Translations under genes and position numbers: made by a program | Shown here: positions 1 to 8,884 of the stretch, in pieces | Layout of the letters: every line of letters starts with the position of its first letter | How positions within the stretch are numbered: the first letter of the stretch is position 1 | Virus record (IMG/VR): IMGVR_UViG_3300008117_000018 | Span: 32,001 to 96,000 of that record | DNA: 64,000 bases | Direction: 5' to 3' (one strand) | Source: a virus | Notes under the pieces: generated by a model | Seen by the model: only the letters and a program-made list of their open reading frames with translations | What the model was told of the DNA's origin: nothing | Database searches by the model: none

Positions 1-972
1 TTTATCATTGTCTATGATTTTACACTGAAGAATGTCTTTATTACCCACTCTTACTCTTTCGTATTGGTACTCTAACTTAGACATTGGATTCCAAGTTCTC
101 CCATCATCTGATGTATATCTTGTCGGTTTAGCCAAGTCTGCATCATAAATGACCAATACTCTTCCATCATTACCACCTGTAAATGAAATACCATCAACTA
201 ATGATATAAATCCATCCATTTTACACAATCTTAGAGCAATCGGACCAGTCAAAAATCTACCCTTTTTGTCCTTTTCTAACTCTTCAACAAAACCACCTGG
301 AGTTGTTACTTTTGTCTTTACTAAGATTTCGTTAAAACCATTCAGTAGTTCTTTATTCTTATTATAGAAATTTAAAAACTTACCACCCATTATTTTTTTC
401 AATTGGTCAATAAGTGTGTGATTAGCTCCCCAAACTTTTTTTGCTTGATTATTTCCTTCAGTCATATCAAGTATTAAAAATTTACCAGTGTTATCGACTC
501 TAAATTCAACAATATTTTGTCCATATCCTCTCATATCAGGTTTACCATCACCATCAAAGTCTCTAATCTGATCATCAAACTCATAACAAGTATACAAACC
601 AACACCATAAAAATCTCCTGCACCTGCTCTGAAACCTTGAGAAATTATTCTTGGATCCTGTGTTGTAATTTTATCACCTATTTTAACTATTGGAAAACCT
701 CTATCATCCAATTTGATATCGGGATTCATATCACTTAGTAATTTAATATTGTTACTGATTGCTAATTGATACTCTTTTGTATTTTTAGTTAAACCAAAAA
801 TCATAGACTCAGCAAATTGTTGATAAAAATTTACATTTGGATCAGGTTCTACATTGACTATATAACTTTGTTCGACTAATCTTGTTCTATGGTAAGCTAA
901 AAACTGACCCGACTCTAAAGCCTCATTGATTCTTAATTCTCTAAATTTGGAAAAATCTCTTATAAATTTCAT
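1..972 (-). CDS. PARP/diphtheria-toxin-like ADP-ribosyltransferase domain protein, runs off the window edge; missing from the ORF track
   Basis: Manual translation from ATG 972 stays open to position 1: MKFIRDFSKFRELRINEA...LAYHRT...IISQGFRAGAGDFYGVGLYTC...YGQNIVEFRV...DGISFTGGNDGRVLVIYD. This matches the H-Y ART motif order. Late box 4 nt upstream. Confidence 0.7.
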   Translation of the reverse strand, partial: MKFIRDFSKFRELRINEALESGQFLAYHRTRLVEQSYIVNVEPDPNVNFYQQFAESMIFGLTKNTKEYQLAISNNIKLLSDMNPDIKLDDRGFPIVKIGDKITTQDPRIISQGFRAGAGDFYGVGLYTCYEFDDQIRDFDGDGKPDMRGYGQNIVEFRVDNTGKFLILDMTEGNNQAKKVWGANHTLIDQLKKIMGGKFLNFYNKNKELLNGFNEILVKTKVTTPGGFVEELEKDKKGRFLTGPIALRLCKMDGFISLVDGISFTGGNDGRVLVIYDADLAKPTRYTSDDGRTWNPMSKLEYQYERVRVGNKDILQCKIIDNDK

Positions 973-1034
973 AATCTATATATAAAAAATAAGATTTTAA
1001 TTTAATATATACTTTATAAAAAAAAAATGAAACT

Positions 1035-1436
1035 ATGAAACATTTAAAAAGATTTAATGAAAGTGAAGATACAACCAAACACTTCTACTCACCAGGATTT
1101 GGTAAAGGAACTGAGAGTAACAGAGAATCGGCTGATAAAATGTTTGCAGAAATTGATAGAATTGCAGATTCCGGATCTGATACAGCTCTACATGATCTTT
1201 TTTATACAATAGACCATATCGAAGAATTTATGCAACAATTCGGATATGTACCAGAAGGTGACCGAAATCAAGATGAGGTTTGGGATGACTTAAGTATGCA
1301 TATACATGACTCTATGAGACCACTTATTAGAAGAGCTATAGGAAGTCCTAACTATCCATCGCGTAAACACCAAAGACCAAATATCGCATACACTCGAAAA
1401 TACTCTGATAAGTTTGTTCCAAGTTGGAAAAAATAA
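1035..1436 (+). CDS. Hypothetical protein with N-terminal MKHLKRFNES motif (putative capsid-internal protein)
   Basis: ORF with late box TTTAATATATA at 1001-1011 and a terminator directly downstream. Confidence 0.7.
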   Translation: MKHLKRFNESEDTTKHFYSPGFGKGTESNRESADKMFAEIDRIADSGSDTALHDLFYTIDHIEEFMQQFGYVPEGDRNQDEVWDDLSMHIHDSMRPLIRRAIGSPNYPSRKHQRPNIAYTRKYSDKFVPSWKK

Positions 1437-1440
1437 ATAA

Positions 1441-1470
1441 AAAAACCTTTGATTCAATTCAAAGGTTTTT
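1441..1470. terminator. Bidirectional intrinsic terminator
   Basis: AAAAACCTTTGA-ttcaat-TCAAAGGTTTTT between convergent genes. Confidence 0.8.
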
Positions 1471-2039
1471 TATTTTGAGTAAGTTACTAATCCACCTAAT
1501 TTTTTTTTCTCTAAAATTATTTCTTCAGTATTTATATTTGATTTTTGGAAATCTCTAATTAATTTATAAAGCCTTCTATTTACTAATCGCAATTGACCAG
1601 ATATATCTTGTGTAGTATAGATTTTAGTTGAATTTGAATTCAGCCTCTCAAATTTGGAATTTACAGGAACTAATATCATTTCACTTTTTTCTAAAAATTG
1701 ATAAGAACACTTATTTGATTTTAAAATATTTCTATTTTTAGAAAATAAATTTTGAGATATATCGAACTTGAAAAAAGGCAAATAACTTCTATAGAAAGTC
1801 CGACCAGCATTAATATTAATAAATTTATGATTGGATATATCAGATACACTTATGTCAAATAACTTACAACTTTCTTCATAAAACTCTCTGACACAAGTTT
1901 TTTCAATACTTTCCCCAAAGTCACATTTTCCACCAGCATCTGATAAAACTCCTCTTTTTGAACCAAATGTTAAAAAGTATAAGTCGTCATTTATCTTAAC
2001 AATTGGTAATATACCACCACCTGAGAATTTAGTATTCAT
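1470..2039 (-). CDS. Nudix hydrolase
   Basis: Nudix box GGKCDFGESIEKTCVREFYEES; N-terminal GGGILP strand; TATATTTG (Bacteroidota -7-like) at 2044-2051. Confidence 0.85.
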   Translation of the reverse strand: MNTKFSGGGILPIVKINDDLYFLTFGSKRGVLSDAGGKCDFGESIEKTCVREFYEESCKLFDISVSDISNHKFININAGRTFYRSYLPFFKFDISQNLFSKNRNILKSNKCSYQFLEKSEMILVPVNSKFERLNSNSTKIYTTQDISGQLRLVNRRLYKLIRDFQKSNINTEEIILEKKKLGGLVTYSK

Positions 2040-2076
2040 AATTCAAATATACAAAAAAATATTTAATATATATAAT

Positions 2077-3135
2077 ATGATTATAAAGAAATTTTCAGAA
2101 TTCAAATTAATATTAGAGAATACAGTAAGTCCTACTAGATTTAGAAACGCGAGTGTAGGTGATATAGTTGATTTTGTAGACCAATTTTTATACAATTCTA
2201 AAAATATAGATATAACCGAAAAAATAGCTGGACAACATCTTACCGTAACAATTAAAGATAATTTTGTCATGGTAAATACAAAAGACCAAATTTTATCAGG
2301 GCAATCTGGAAGAAATGCATCACACTCAAGATGGGGATCAGACATCACTAGACCACTCATAGACATAATTGCCAACCAAAAGTTACCAGATCAAACTTGG
2401 GGATTTGAGATACTAAATCCTCGTTCTAATCACGATTACATACAATATAAAAATGTAGATAAAATATACATTGAATACACTGGTAATCTATCTGAGGAGC
2501 TGGCAGAAGAAATAAGAAAAAAATTAAATACAGGAATAAAACTATTGACAAAAAAAGATATCAAAATTAATATCAATAAAAATCAAGCCTTTGAAGATTT
2601 CAAAAAAGTTTGGGAAGGTGGTTTAAGAAATGAATTCATATCAATGACTTTTAAAGACGATTATAAAGTAGGTAAACTAAAAGATATGATAGGTGATTTA
2701 CTAGATGAAGTAATTGTGTCTGTAGTTGATAAAGTATCACCAATTGAAGGAATTGTTATAGGAACTTCAACACCTATAAAACTACAAACTAATAAATTTT
2801 TAAAAATTCAACGAGTTCAAATGCCAATGTATTCAGTATTCAAAATTAGCAGACATGAAATTGACCAAGTAATGAATAACCCTACTACCTCTTTTGAACA
2901 ATTGAAAAATAAATTTGGCTTAAGATTAGACTCAATATATAGACAAAATCTGAGATATAGTTTATACGAAACTTTAAAATATTATCTTCAACAAAATGCT
3001 AAACTTGAAGGAACAGACACTTCTAAATACAAAAGATGGTTGTCAAGCGAAGAGTCAGAGAGTATGCTAAGAAAATTAACTCAACAAAATTGTAAAGAAA
3101 TATATTTAGAACTTTACAATAAAGTCAATTCTTAG
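2077..3135 (+). CDS. ATP-dependent ligase/nucleotidyltransferase-fold protein (RNA-ligase-like) with variant motif I
   Basis: ITEKIAGQ (cf. KxDG), FE, PIEGIVI (motif IV), IKL (motif V); late box 4 nt before ATG. Confidence 0.5.
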   Translation: MIIKKFSEFKLILENTVSPTRFRNASVGDIVDFVDQFLYNSKNIDITEKIAGQHLTVTIKDNFVMVNTKDQILSGQSGRNASHSRWGSDITRPLIDIIANQKLPDQTWGFEILNPRSNHDYIQYKNVDKIYIEYTGNLSEELAEEIRKKLNTGIKLLTKKDIKININKNQAFEDFKKVWEGGLRNEFISMTFKDDYKVGKLKDMIGDLLDEVIVSVVDKVSPIEGIVIGTSTPIKLQTNKFLKIQRVQMPMYSVFKISRHEIDQVMNNPTTSFEQLKNKFGLRLDSIYRQNLRYSLYETLKYYLQQNAKLEGTDTSKYKRWLSSEESESMLRKLTQQNCKEIYLELYNKVNS

Positions 3136-3464
3136 TCTAATAAATTATCTAAATTAAAATCTCTGTAGACTTGTTTAGTAATATCACCTAAACCAGTATC
3201 AATCAATTTATCAAAATTTGAGTCTGTTGTATCAAATTCGTAGTCTTTTAGAGTTTCTAAATTTTTATTATACCACATATAAAAGAAATCACAGGTAGTC
3301 TCAACTATATCTTCAAATGATGGTTCTAAAAACGAATCATATCCACAAAATAGAATTCTAAAATCCAATGGTCGTTCAGTGTCATAAATAATATCAATTG
3401 ATTTATTCCAATTTAAATTTATTGTAAAACCTAACTTTTCAATTCTATCTAAATGTTCAATCAT
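3132..3464 (-). CDS. Hypothetical protein, C-terminal RDFNLDNLL motif
   Basis: ORF overlapping the upstream gene in a minus-strand operon. Confidence 0.7.
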   Translation of the reverse strand: MIEHLDRIEKLGFTINLNWNKSIDIIYDTERPLDFRILFCGYDSFLEPSFEDIVETTCDFFYMWYNKNLETLKDYEFDTTDSNFDKLIDTGLGDITKQVYRDFNLDNLLD

Positions 3465-3687
3465 TTTTAAGTACTTTATTAAGTTTATATTCTCTTTTAT
3501 CTTCTAATTCAATCGGCTCAACTATTAATTCACCATTTGATATTTTTATTTCCCATTTATTACCGGTTACATCATCTAAGAGCGCTAATTTAGTTATGAC
3601 ACAATATCCATCTGGCTCTATTCTAAGAACAGAATCACCAGATGAACTATTCACATTAAATACATTAGGTTGAAGTTTAACAGCCAT
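3457..3687 (-). CDS. Hypothetical protein, C-terminal REYKLNKVL motif
   Basis: ORF translationally coupled to the MTase (start overlaps its stop). Confidence 0.7.
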   Translation of the reverse strand: MAVKLQPNVFNVNSSSGDSVLRIEPDGYCVITKLALLDDVTGNKWEIKISNGELIVEPIELEDKREYKLNKVLKND

Positions 3688-4628
3688 TATAGTTTAATAC
3701 CAGTTTTAGGATCATAATTCATAATCAACAACTCAACACCTTTAGCTTGTTCAGTTTTAAGTTCGGAATTATTTCCACCATGAGCAGAGCTTCTGAAAAC
3801 CTCTTTCTCAGTCCAAACGTATTTATCTTTAGGTAATAACTCTTCTAAAAGTGGAAAATAATAATAAGAAAGAGACCAACGACACTTTGTTTTTTTAAGT
3901 AATTCTAATAACCTTCTATGAGAAGCTGGACCAAATACACCTTCTTTGTCAGCTCCATACCAAAAAAGTCTTTTAGCATCGTCCTCTCCGTTCTCATCTG
4001 GTCTAAAATAAGGAGGATCTAAATAAAGATAAGTATCTTCCGCATCATATTTAGTAATCAACTCTTCAAAGTCAATATTTAAAAATTCAGTAATTGATTG
4101 TAATTTATGAGTATATTTATTTTTCTTCAATTTATCAATGAGAACTTCTAATTTAAGACGGTCTTTATCTTTTTTATAACCATTGAAACCAGCACCTCGT
4201 GGATAAACCGAATTATGAGCAGATGTAATAAGAAAAGCATAAATAGCCGCCTTTTCAAAATCTCCAATTTCAAAGTTCATATCATCCAAGAAATCATTCT
4301 TTTGGTAGTCCTTATAAATCTTTTTATAAAAGTCCCATTTTTTTAATGGTTCTGTTTCAGTTGTGTGTAATAAAGTATTTTTTAAATTTTCCAAATAAGG
4401 TAAAAACTCTTCAGGTTGTGATGAACACTTATATAAGTTCACCTGGTGTCGATTTTTATCATTATAGATAACTACATCAAATTTAAGTTGATCGTCGTCC
4501 ATATACGTTCCCATTGAACCAGAAAAAGGCTCTAAATATGTTTTTATTCCAGTTTTTGGAATTTTTGTATTGATTAACTCCTGAAATGCAGAGGAACTTT
4601 TACCTCCAAAATAACTTATTACTGCCAT
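3687..4628 (-). CDS. DNA adenine methyltransferase, Dam/D12 class
   Basis: YFGGKS, YLEPFSGS (motif I), YND, YLDPPY (motif IV), W-S-L-S-Y, ELLIMNY. Confidence 0.9.
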   Translation of the reverse strand: MAVISYFGGKSSSAFQELINTKIPKTGIKTYLEPFSGSMGTYMDDDQLKFDVVIYNDKNRHQVNLYKCSSQPEEFLPYLENLKNTLLHTTETEPLKKWDFYKKIYKDYQKNDFLDDMNFEIGDFEKAAIYAFLITSAHNSVYPRGAGFNGYKKDKDRLKLEVLIDKLKKNKYTHKLQSITEFLNIDFEELITKYDAEDTYLYLDPPYFRPDENGEDDAKRLFWYGADKEGVFGPASHRRLLELLKKTKCRWSLSYYYFPLLEELLPKDKYVWTEKEVFRSSAHGGNNSELKTEQAKGVELLIMNYDPKTGIKL

Positions 4629-4637
4629 GTTTTATTT

Positions 4638-5123
4638 TTATTTTAATATTTGTTCTAATCCGGTTTTTTGTATGCCGTTGATTTCATCTCTTACTTTCAT
4701 TAATATTTTACCTAAATGATTTTCGCCTTTACCATTGAAGACGCCCCAAAAAGTATCTTTCCATAAATTGACCTCGACAATTTTAGCATCACCCGTCAAC
4801 TTTAGTAGTTCTGCGAGATTTTCGTCTTTGAATTTTTCTCTGATTGCAAAATTCATAATTTCAATTTTTTTTTCAGACCAATCTTTGCGAACTTTTATTT
4901 TTTGACCTATTTTTTTTACCACACCTGGTTCTTTTATTTTAGAAATCATTTCTCTAAAGTCAGCCGATGTATAATATTTTCCATTTAACATTTGATCCGA
5001 ATTAGATTTCATAGCAACATAAAAATGCTCAACTGTAGGATAGGTAATTCCCTGAAATTCAATTTTTGATTCATAAAAATTTGATAAAAAATAATATTTA
5101 CCTCTAAATTGCTCAATAGTCAT
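4638..5123 (-). CDS. NADAR (YbiA-like) family protein; likely start at MTIEQF (5123)
   Basis: FLSNFY, YPTVEH, DW, KF, L..TG, E...DTFWG, GENHLGKILMKVR. Confidence 0.92.
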   Translation of the reverse strand: MTIEQFRGKYYFLSNFYESKIEFQGITYPTVEHFYVAMKSNSDQMLNGKYYTSADFREMISKIKEPGVVKKIGQKIKVRKDWSEKKIEIMNFAIREKFKDENLAELLKLTGDAKIVEVNLWKDTFWGVFNGKGENHLGKILMKVRDEINGIQKTGLEQILK

Positions 5124-5144
5124 ATTTATTATACTATATAAAAC

Positions 5145-5168
5145 AAAAAAGTCCACTTTTGTGGACTT
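5145..5168 (-). terminator. Intrinsic terminator downstream of tmRNA
   Basis: AAGTCCAC-tttt-GTGGACTT hairpin followed by a U-run on the minus strand. Confidence 0.7.
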
Positions 5169-5176
5169 AATTTTAG

Positions 5177-5551
5177 TGGAGATGACGATGTACTGCCCAT
5201 CGTGTCTTCCCTAGTTAACAATAATTATTCATTCACAGGCTTAGAAAGTTTTTCGAAACTTACAAAATAGTTAGTTGAACAACCCATCACTCTAACAATT
5301 CTGGTTTCACATTTTTAACTGTGTGATTCAGCTGGAGAATTTTTTCGAAAGCTTAAAAGATTAAACTAAAGATAGCTCTTCTGCCTTAAGCATGTTGTTT
5401 TGTAACGCCGCTACTAAATCTTCACGGGATGCTACTTCATTTGTTTTGCCATTTACGACTTTTTGCCACCAAATTTATTAGTCGGTTACTTGACCATCCG
5501 ACACCTGCATAATCACCACTACTCTATGAATCTATACTAAAAAACATCCCC
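5177..5551 (-). ncRNA. ssrA: tmRNA (one-piece)
   Basis: 5' GGGGAUG pairs with 3' CAUCUCC-A, including the G3:U alanine identity pair. T-arm CGAUG-GGCAGUA-CAUCG. Internal tag ORF 5450-5361 starts after GUAAAU and reads GKTNEV... Length about 375 nt; CCA not encoded. Confidence 0.92.
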
Positions 5552-5612
5552 ATAGTTTATATTGTAATTATTTCTACAAATGTATATATAATATTATAAA
5601 ATACAAAAAAGT

Positions 5613-6011
5613 TTAGATATTATCTTCATATTTAAAATATATGTCCATTCTACACTCACCAGCATTATATTGAGAGTTTGGCTTATCAAAGGCAACACCA
5701 GTTCCCCAATACTTCGTCTTCTCTGAACTATATAGAAACTTATTATCTTTTAAATAATCAGAAACGACACCTATAACATCACTAACTTCATTCCAAGTTA
5801 ATTCACGAGATTCTTTTTTAAGTTTAATTATTATATAATAACCATTAGGACCTTTTCTATTACCAACTTTTACAAATCGAGACTCACCTTCAATATTTTT
5901 AAAATTCAATTCTAATAAAATATCATTAACAATAGGAGTAATATCATTAATAATCTCACTAACATCAGAATCTATTGATTCAAAAAATTTAAAATCTGTT
6001 AAATATCTCAT
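5613..6011 (-). CDS. Hypothetical protein (MRYLTDFKFFES N-terminus)
   Basis: ORF in the late minus-strand operon. Confidence 0.7.
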   Translation of the reverse strand: MRYLTDFKFFESIDSDVSEIINDITPIVNDILLELNFKNIEGESRFVKVGNRKGPNGYYIIIKLKKESRELTWNEVSDVIGVVSDYLKDNKFLYSSEKTKYWGTGVAFDKPNSQYNAGECRMDIYFKYEDNI

Positions 6012-6014
6012 TAT

Positions 6015-6290
6015 TTAATTAAATACATCAGGAGAATCACCTTCTTCAGGTTCATATTCATCAGAGTCTAAACTCTTTATAATGTTTTCAACTTCTTCAT
6101 AAGAGTCATAATTTGTCCAAAGAGAACCTTTGCCAAACAATTCTTCAGCGTCTTCAGCATCTTTATAAGTTAGACCATCAGCCATCATTTTTGGAGTGAG
6201 TGCGAATATTCTAAAGTGGCTACCAACTCTATTTACAAAATATTTAACTTTATCGTTGTTAAAACTTTCAAATAATTTAATGTATTTCAT
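6015..6290 (-). CDS. Hypothetical protein (MKYIKLFES N-terminus)
   Basis: ORF in the late minus-strand operon. Confidence 0.7.
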   Translation of the reverse strand: MKYIKLFESFNNDKVKYFVNRVGSHFRIFALTPKMMADGLTYKDAEDAEELFGKGSLWTNYDSYEEVENIIKSLDSDEYEPEEGDSPDVFN

Positions 6291-6302
6291 ATTATTTATT
6301 TT

Positions 6303-6872
6303 TTAGAAAGGCATTGTATCATCATCTAAGCCTTCATCTAAAGTAAAACCAAATGAAAGTATCCCACCACCAGATTTTGATTGCCAAATGTCAAATTCAG
6401 CATCATATTGAGCTAAAATATCTCTTTTAAGTTTGTTAGCGACTTCGAAAACTTTGATAACATTTCTTAATGTTTCCTTTTTAGCCATATGAACCTCTAT
6501 TACAATGTCTTCATTTCTTTTAGCGGTAATTTGCACATTATCAACTCCTGAATTTCTAAACATTTGACGAAGTAAATAAGTTAAATGCTGAACATCATCA
6601 TCTTCATCATCTTCATCATATCCATAATCATCATCATCATCATCATCAAACTTCGGATTTGATGATTTTTTTCCAGAATAGTATTTATCGTCTTCATCAT
6701 CATACCAATCATCATACTCACCATAATCTTTAGTAGAATCATCATCATACTCATAATCATCTTCTGGCCAACGTGCTTCATTTTTTTTATTAGCAGAAAG
6801 ACCATTGTTTAGATGACTAAATTCATCTTCTCTGATATTTTCTAAATATTTTATAAATGTTTTTATTTTCAT
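6303..6872 (-). CDS. Acidic Asp/Tyr-rich hypothetical protein
   Basis: Long D/E/Y tract followed by a small globular C-terminal domain. Confidence 0.7.
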   Translation of the reverse strand: MKIKTFIKYLENIREDEFSHLNNGLSANKKNEARWPEDDYEYDDDSTKDYGEYDDWYDDEDDKYYSGKKSSNPKFDDDDDDDYGYDEDDEDDDVQHLTYLLRQMFRNSGVDNVQITAKRNEDIVIEVHMAKKETLRNVIKVFEVANKLKRDILAQYDAEFDIWQSKSGGGILSFGFTLDEGLDDDTMPF

Positions 6873-6873
6873 A

Positions 6874-8409
6874 TTATTTCAATTCTATTTTAAAATATGT
6901 CTCATCAAAGAATCCTAAATCCTCTATTTTATATTTGTTTAATATTGTTTGTACTCTAATTAGAGCATCATAAATTTCACCCATATCGGTTTCTTCTAAG
7001 TCTAAACTAACAAAGATTCTATCATCTTTACCAACAACTTTAACATCAATTCCAAAGACATTCTTTTTTATCTCATTAATCATGCTTTTATGCTTAGCAA
7101 ATAACTCTTCATTATAACCAACTTTTCTTTTAATTGGAAGTTTATTCCAATCAACTTTTACCGAAGCTTCAGCTAATCTTTTAAGGTAAGAAATATTTTG
7201 CATTTCTGTTCCTCTATGTTCATTATAATAACCAACTGATATATTTGTACATTCTGGTATGTCCTCCATTAATGACGCGGAATCTGTATAAACACCAGTT
7301 GGATCTAATGATAAATTTAATCCATTTTTATTATATTCATCACACAAAGCCTGACCAAATTCGTTAGAACAACATTGTCTACCTAATTGATGTGTTATAA
7401 CAGATGTTGTCCTTCTTCTATCAAAAGAAACACAAGCTTTTACATCAGTTAGATAATCACATCTATCATAAATAGATGAAAGAGCATTAGAACCAATACC
7501 ACCTCTCTCTTCACCAATAAAGAAGTAATAAATACCTGGAACATTATTAGCCATCATATATAACATAACAGCAGTACCAGCTTTATCATCAGCGCCTAAT
7601 ATTGAAGAGCCGTCGGTATAGATATGTTCATCACCAGTTCCACTTTTTATCAATCTAAATGAATAACCTTCTTCAACTACTCGACCATTGACTTGAAATA
7701 ATTTTGTCGTTTTTTGTTCTCTATCAGCCGTATCTAAATGACAAGTAAACATTATTGTTGGTTTTTCAGAACCAATTATTTTATAATAATTTCCAACTTG
7801 GTCTCTCTCAAGAGATGGTAAAAATTTTAAAACTTCCTTTTCATGTCTACAATCATCAAAATGTGGATATGTTTTTGTAGTTAATGAAAGAAAAGTTGCT
7901 TTAACATCTTTAGGATTATACGAAAACTCAGGAACCTTTATTCTTTGAGCTGAGGTAATTGATTCATCGCCAATATTATCAGATGTCATATCATTATATT
8001 GATATATGAATGACTTAATTTCATCTTCTGTTAATAATCCTGGCCAATAATATCTGAAAAATTTACCAATCTTCATATCAAATTTTTTACCACCAATAGT
8101 TACTTCAAAACAATAAGGTTTATTAGAAATAGTCACATCAGTTATACCTAAACCATTCTGGTACTTAGAATCAGACTCACCTAACCAAAGCATCTCAAAA
8201 GCAAGATAACTATCATTGTCTTCCATTTTTTTAAGAACTTTCTCTAATTCAGAAGATATTTTTATTCTAGCAGATCTATCAACATTTTTTGATTCATCAA
8301 AGACATCTTCTTTGCTTTTGTAACCACCACTTGGTTTGTAATCTTTAGCCTGGTCAACTACACTTTGTGTACCAGCTTCAAATATTTGACTATATTTTAA
8401 TAAATTCAT
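6874..8409 (-). CDS. M28/M20-family zinc peptidase with N-terminal extension
   Basis: FTCHLDT, LGADDKAG, GEERG, SFDRR, YTDS, NISVGYYNEH metal-ligand motifs. Confidence 0.85.
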   Translation of the reverse strand: MNLLKYSQIFEAGTQSVVDQAKDYKPSGGYKSKEDVFDESKNVDRSARIKISSELEKVLKKMEDNDSYLAFEMLWLGESDSKYQNGLGITDVTISNKPYCFEVTIGGKKFDMKIGKFFRYYWPGLLTEDEIKSFIYQYNDMTSDNIGDESITSAQRIKVPEFSYNPKDVKATFLSLTTKTYPHFDDCRHEKEVLKFLPSLERDQVGNYYKIIGSEKPTIMFTCHLDTADREQKTTKLFQVNGRVVEEGYSFRLIKSGTGDEHIYTDGSSILGADDKAGTAVMLYMMANNVPGIYYFFIGEERGGIGSNALSSIYDRCDYLTDVKACVSFDRRRTTSVITHQLGRQCCSNEFGQALCDEYNKNGLNLSLDPTGVYTDSASLMEDIPECTNISVGYYNEHRGTEMQNISYLKRLAEASVKVDWNKLPIKRKVGYNEELFAKHKSMINEIKKNVFGIDVKVVGKDDRIFVSLDLEETDMGEIYDALIRVQTILNKYKIEDLGFFDETYFKIELK

Positions 8410-8413
8410 AATG

Positions 8414-8424
8414 TATATATTAAA
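8414..8424 (-). promoter_or_regulatory. Representative late-promoter box TTTAATATATA (more than 20 copies or variants in the window)
   Basis: Also at about 977, 1001, 2062, 5583, 8815, 10641, 12815, 17860, 18946, 23141, 24326, 25359, 26830, 27585, 28549, 31660, 33434, 34846, 38182, 44315, 48624, 56900, 58786 and 60707; found upstream of structural and putative capsid-cargo genes. Confidence 0.8.
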
Positions 8425-8425
8425 T

Positions 8426-8809
8426 TCAAATTGTTATTTCTTCTGAATTTAGATAATCAACTTTTACTTGACCATCATTCATATTTGGCTCCTTCTTAAC
8501 AAACTTTCTTTGACAATATACAACTTTTACAGATGGCTCTTTAGCAGCTTTGCTATTTTTTTTAGCTAATTCCGCAGCATATTTCAATATCTCAGGTGTT
8601 GGTAAATTTTCTCTGACTCTAATTACAACATGGCTTCCAGGAACGCCTTTGACATGCATCCATATATCTTCATCTTCTGCTGTATTAAAGGTTAAAAAGT
8701 CATTAGATTTAGCGTCTCGACCAACCATTATTAAATAACCATCAACTTCTATTTTTTTGATGTCAGGAAATTTAACTTTTTTTGATTCAAAATATTTTAA
8801 ATATTTCAT
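8426..8809 (-). CDS. Stand-alone NFACT-R (DUF814) RNA-binding domain protein
   Basis: VGRDAKSNDFLT, DIWMHVKGVPGSHVVI, AAELA..NS, V.Y.QRKFVKK, GQV. Confidence 0.9.
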   Translation of the reverse strand: MKYLKYFESKKVKFPDIKKIEVDGYLIMVGRDAKSNDFLTFNTAEDEDIWMHVKGVPGSHVVIRVRENLPTPEILKYAAELAKKNSKAAKEPSVKVVYCQRKFVKKEPNMNDGQVKVDYLNSEEITI

Positions 8810-8834
8810 ATACTTATATATTAATTTATATAAA

Positions 8835-8867
8835 ACAAAAAAAGACCCATTAAGGGTCTTTTTTTGT
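8835..8867. terminator. Intrinsic terminator after the major capsid gene
   Basis: AAAAAAAGACCC-attaa-GGGTCTTTTTTT. Confidence 0.85.
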
Positions 8868-8884
8868 TAATATTTAAACTATTT

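Noticed and set aside
149-738. Plus-strand ORFs 149..367 and 517..738
   Set aside because: Antisense shadows of the real minus-strand ART-like gene (1..972).
3687-4628. Restriction-modification system or a GATC-specific dam call
   Set aside because: No adjacent nuclease is recognisable and specificity cannot be read from the sequence; treated as an orphan MTase.
5177-5210. Stand-alone tRNA-Ala
   Set aside because: The acceptor halves are about 360 nt apart and enclose a tag ORF, so this is tmRNA.
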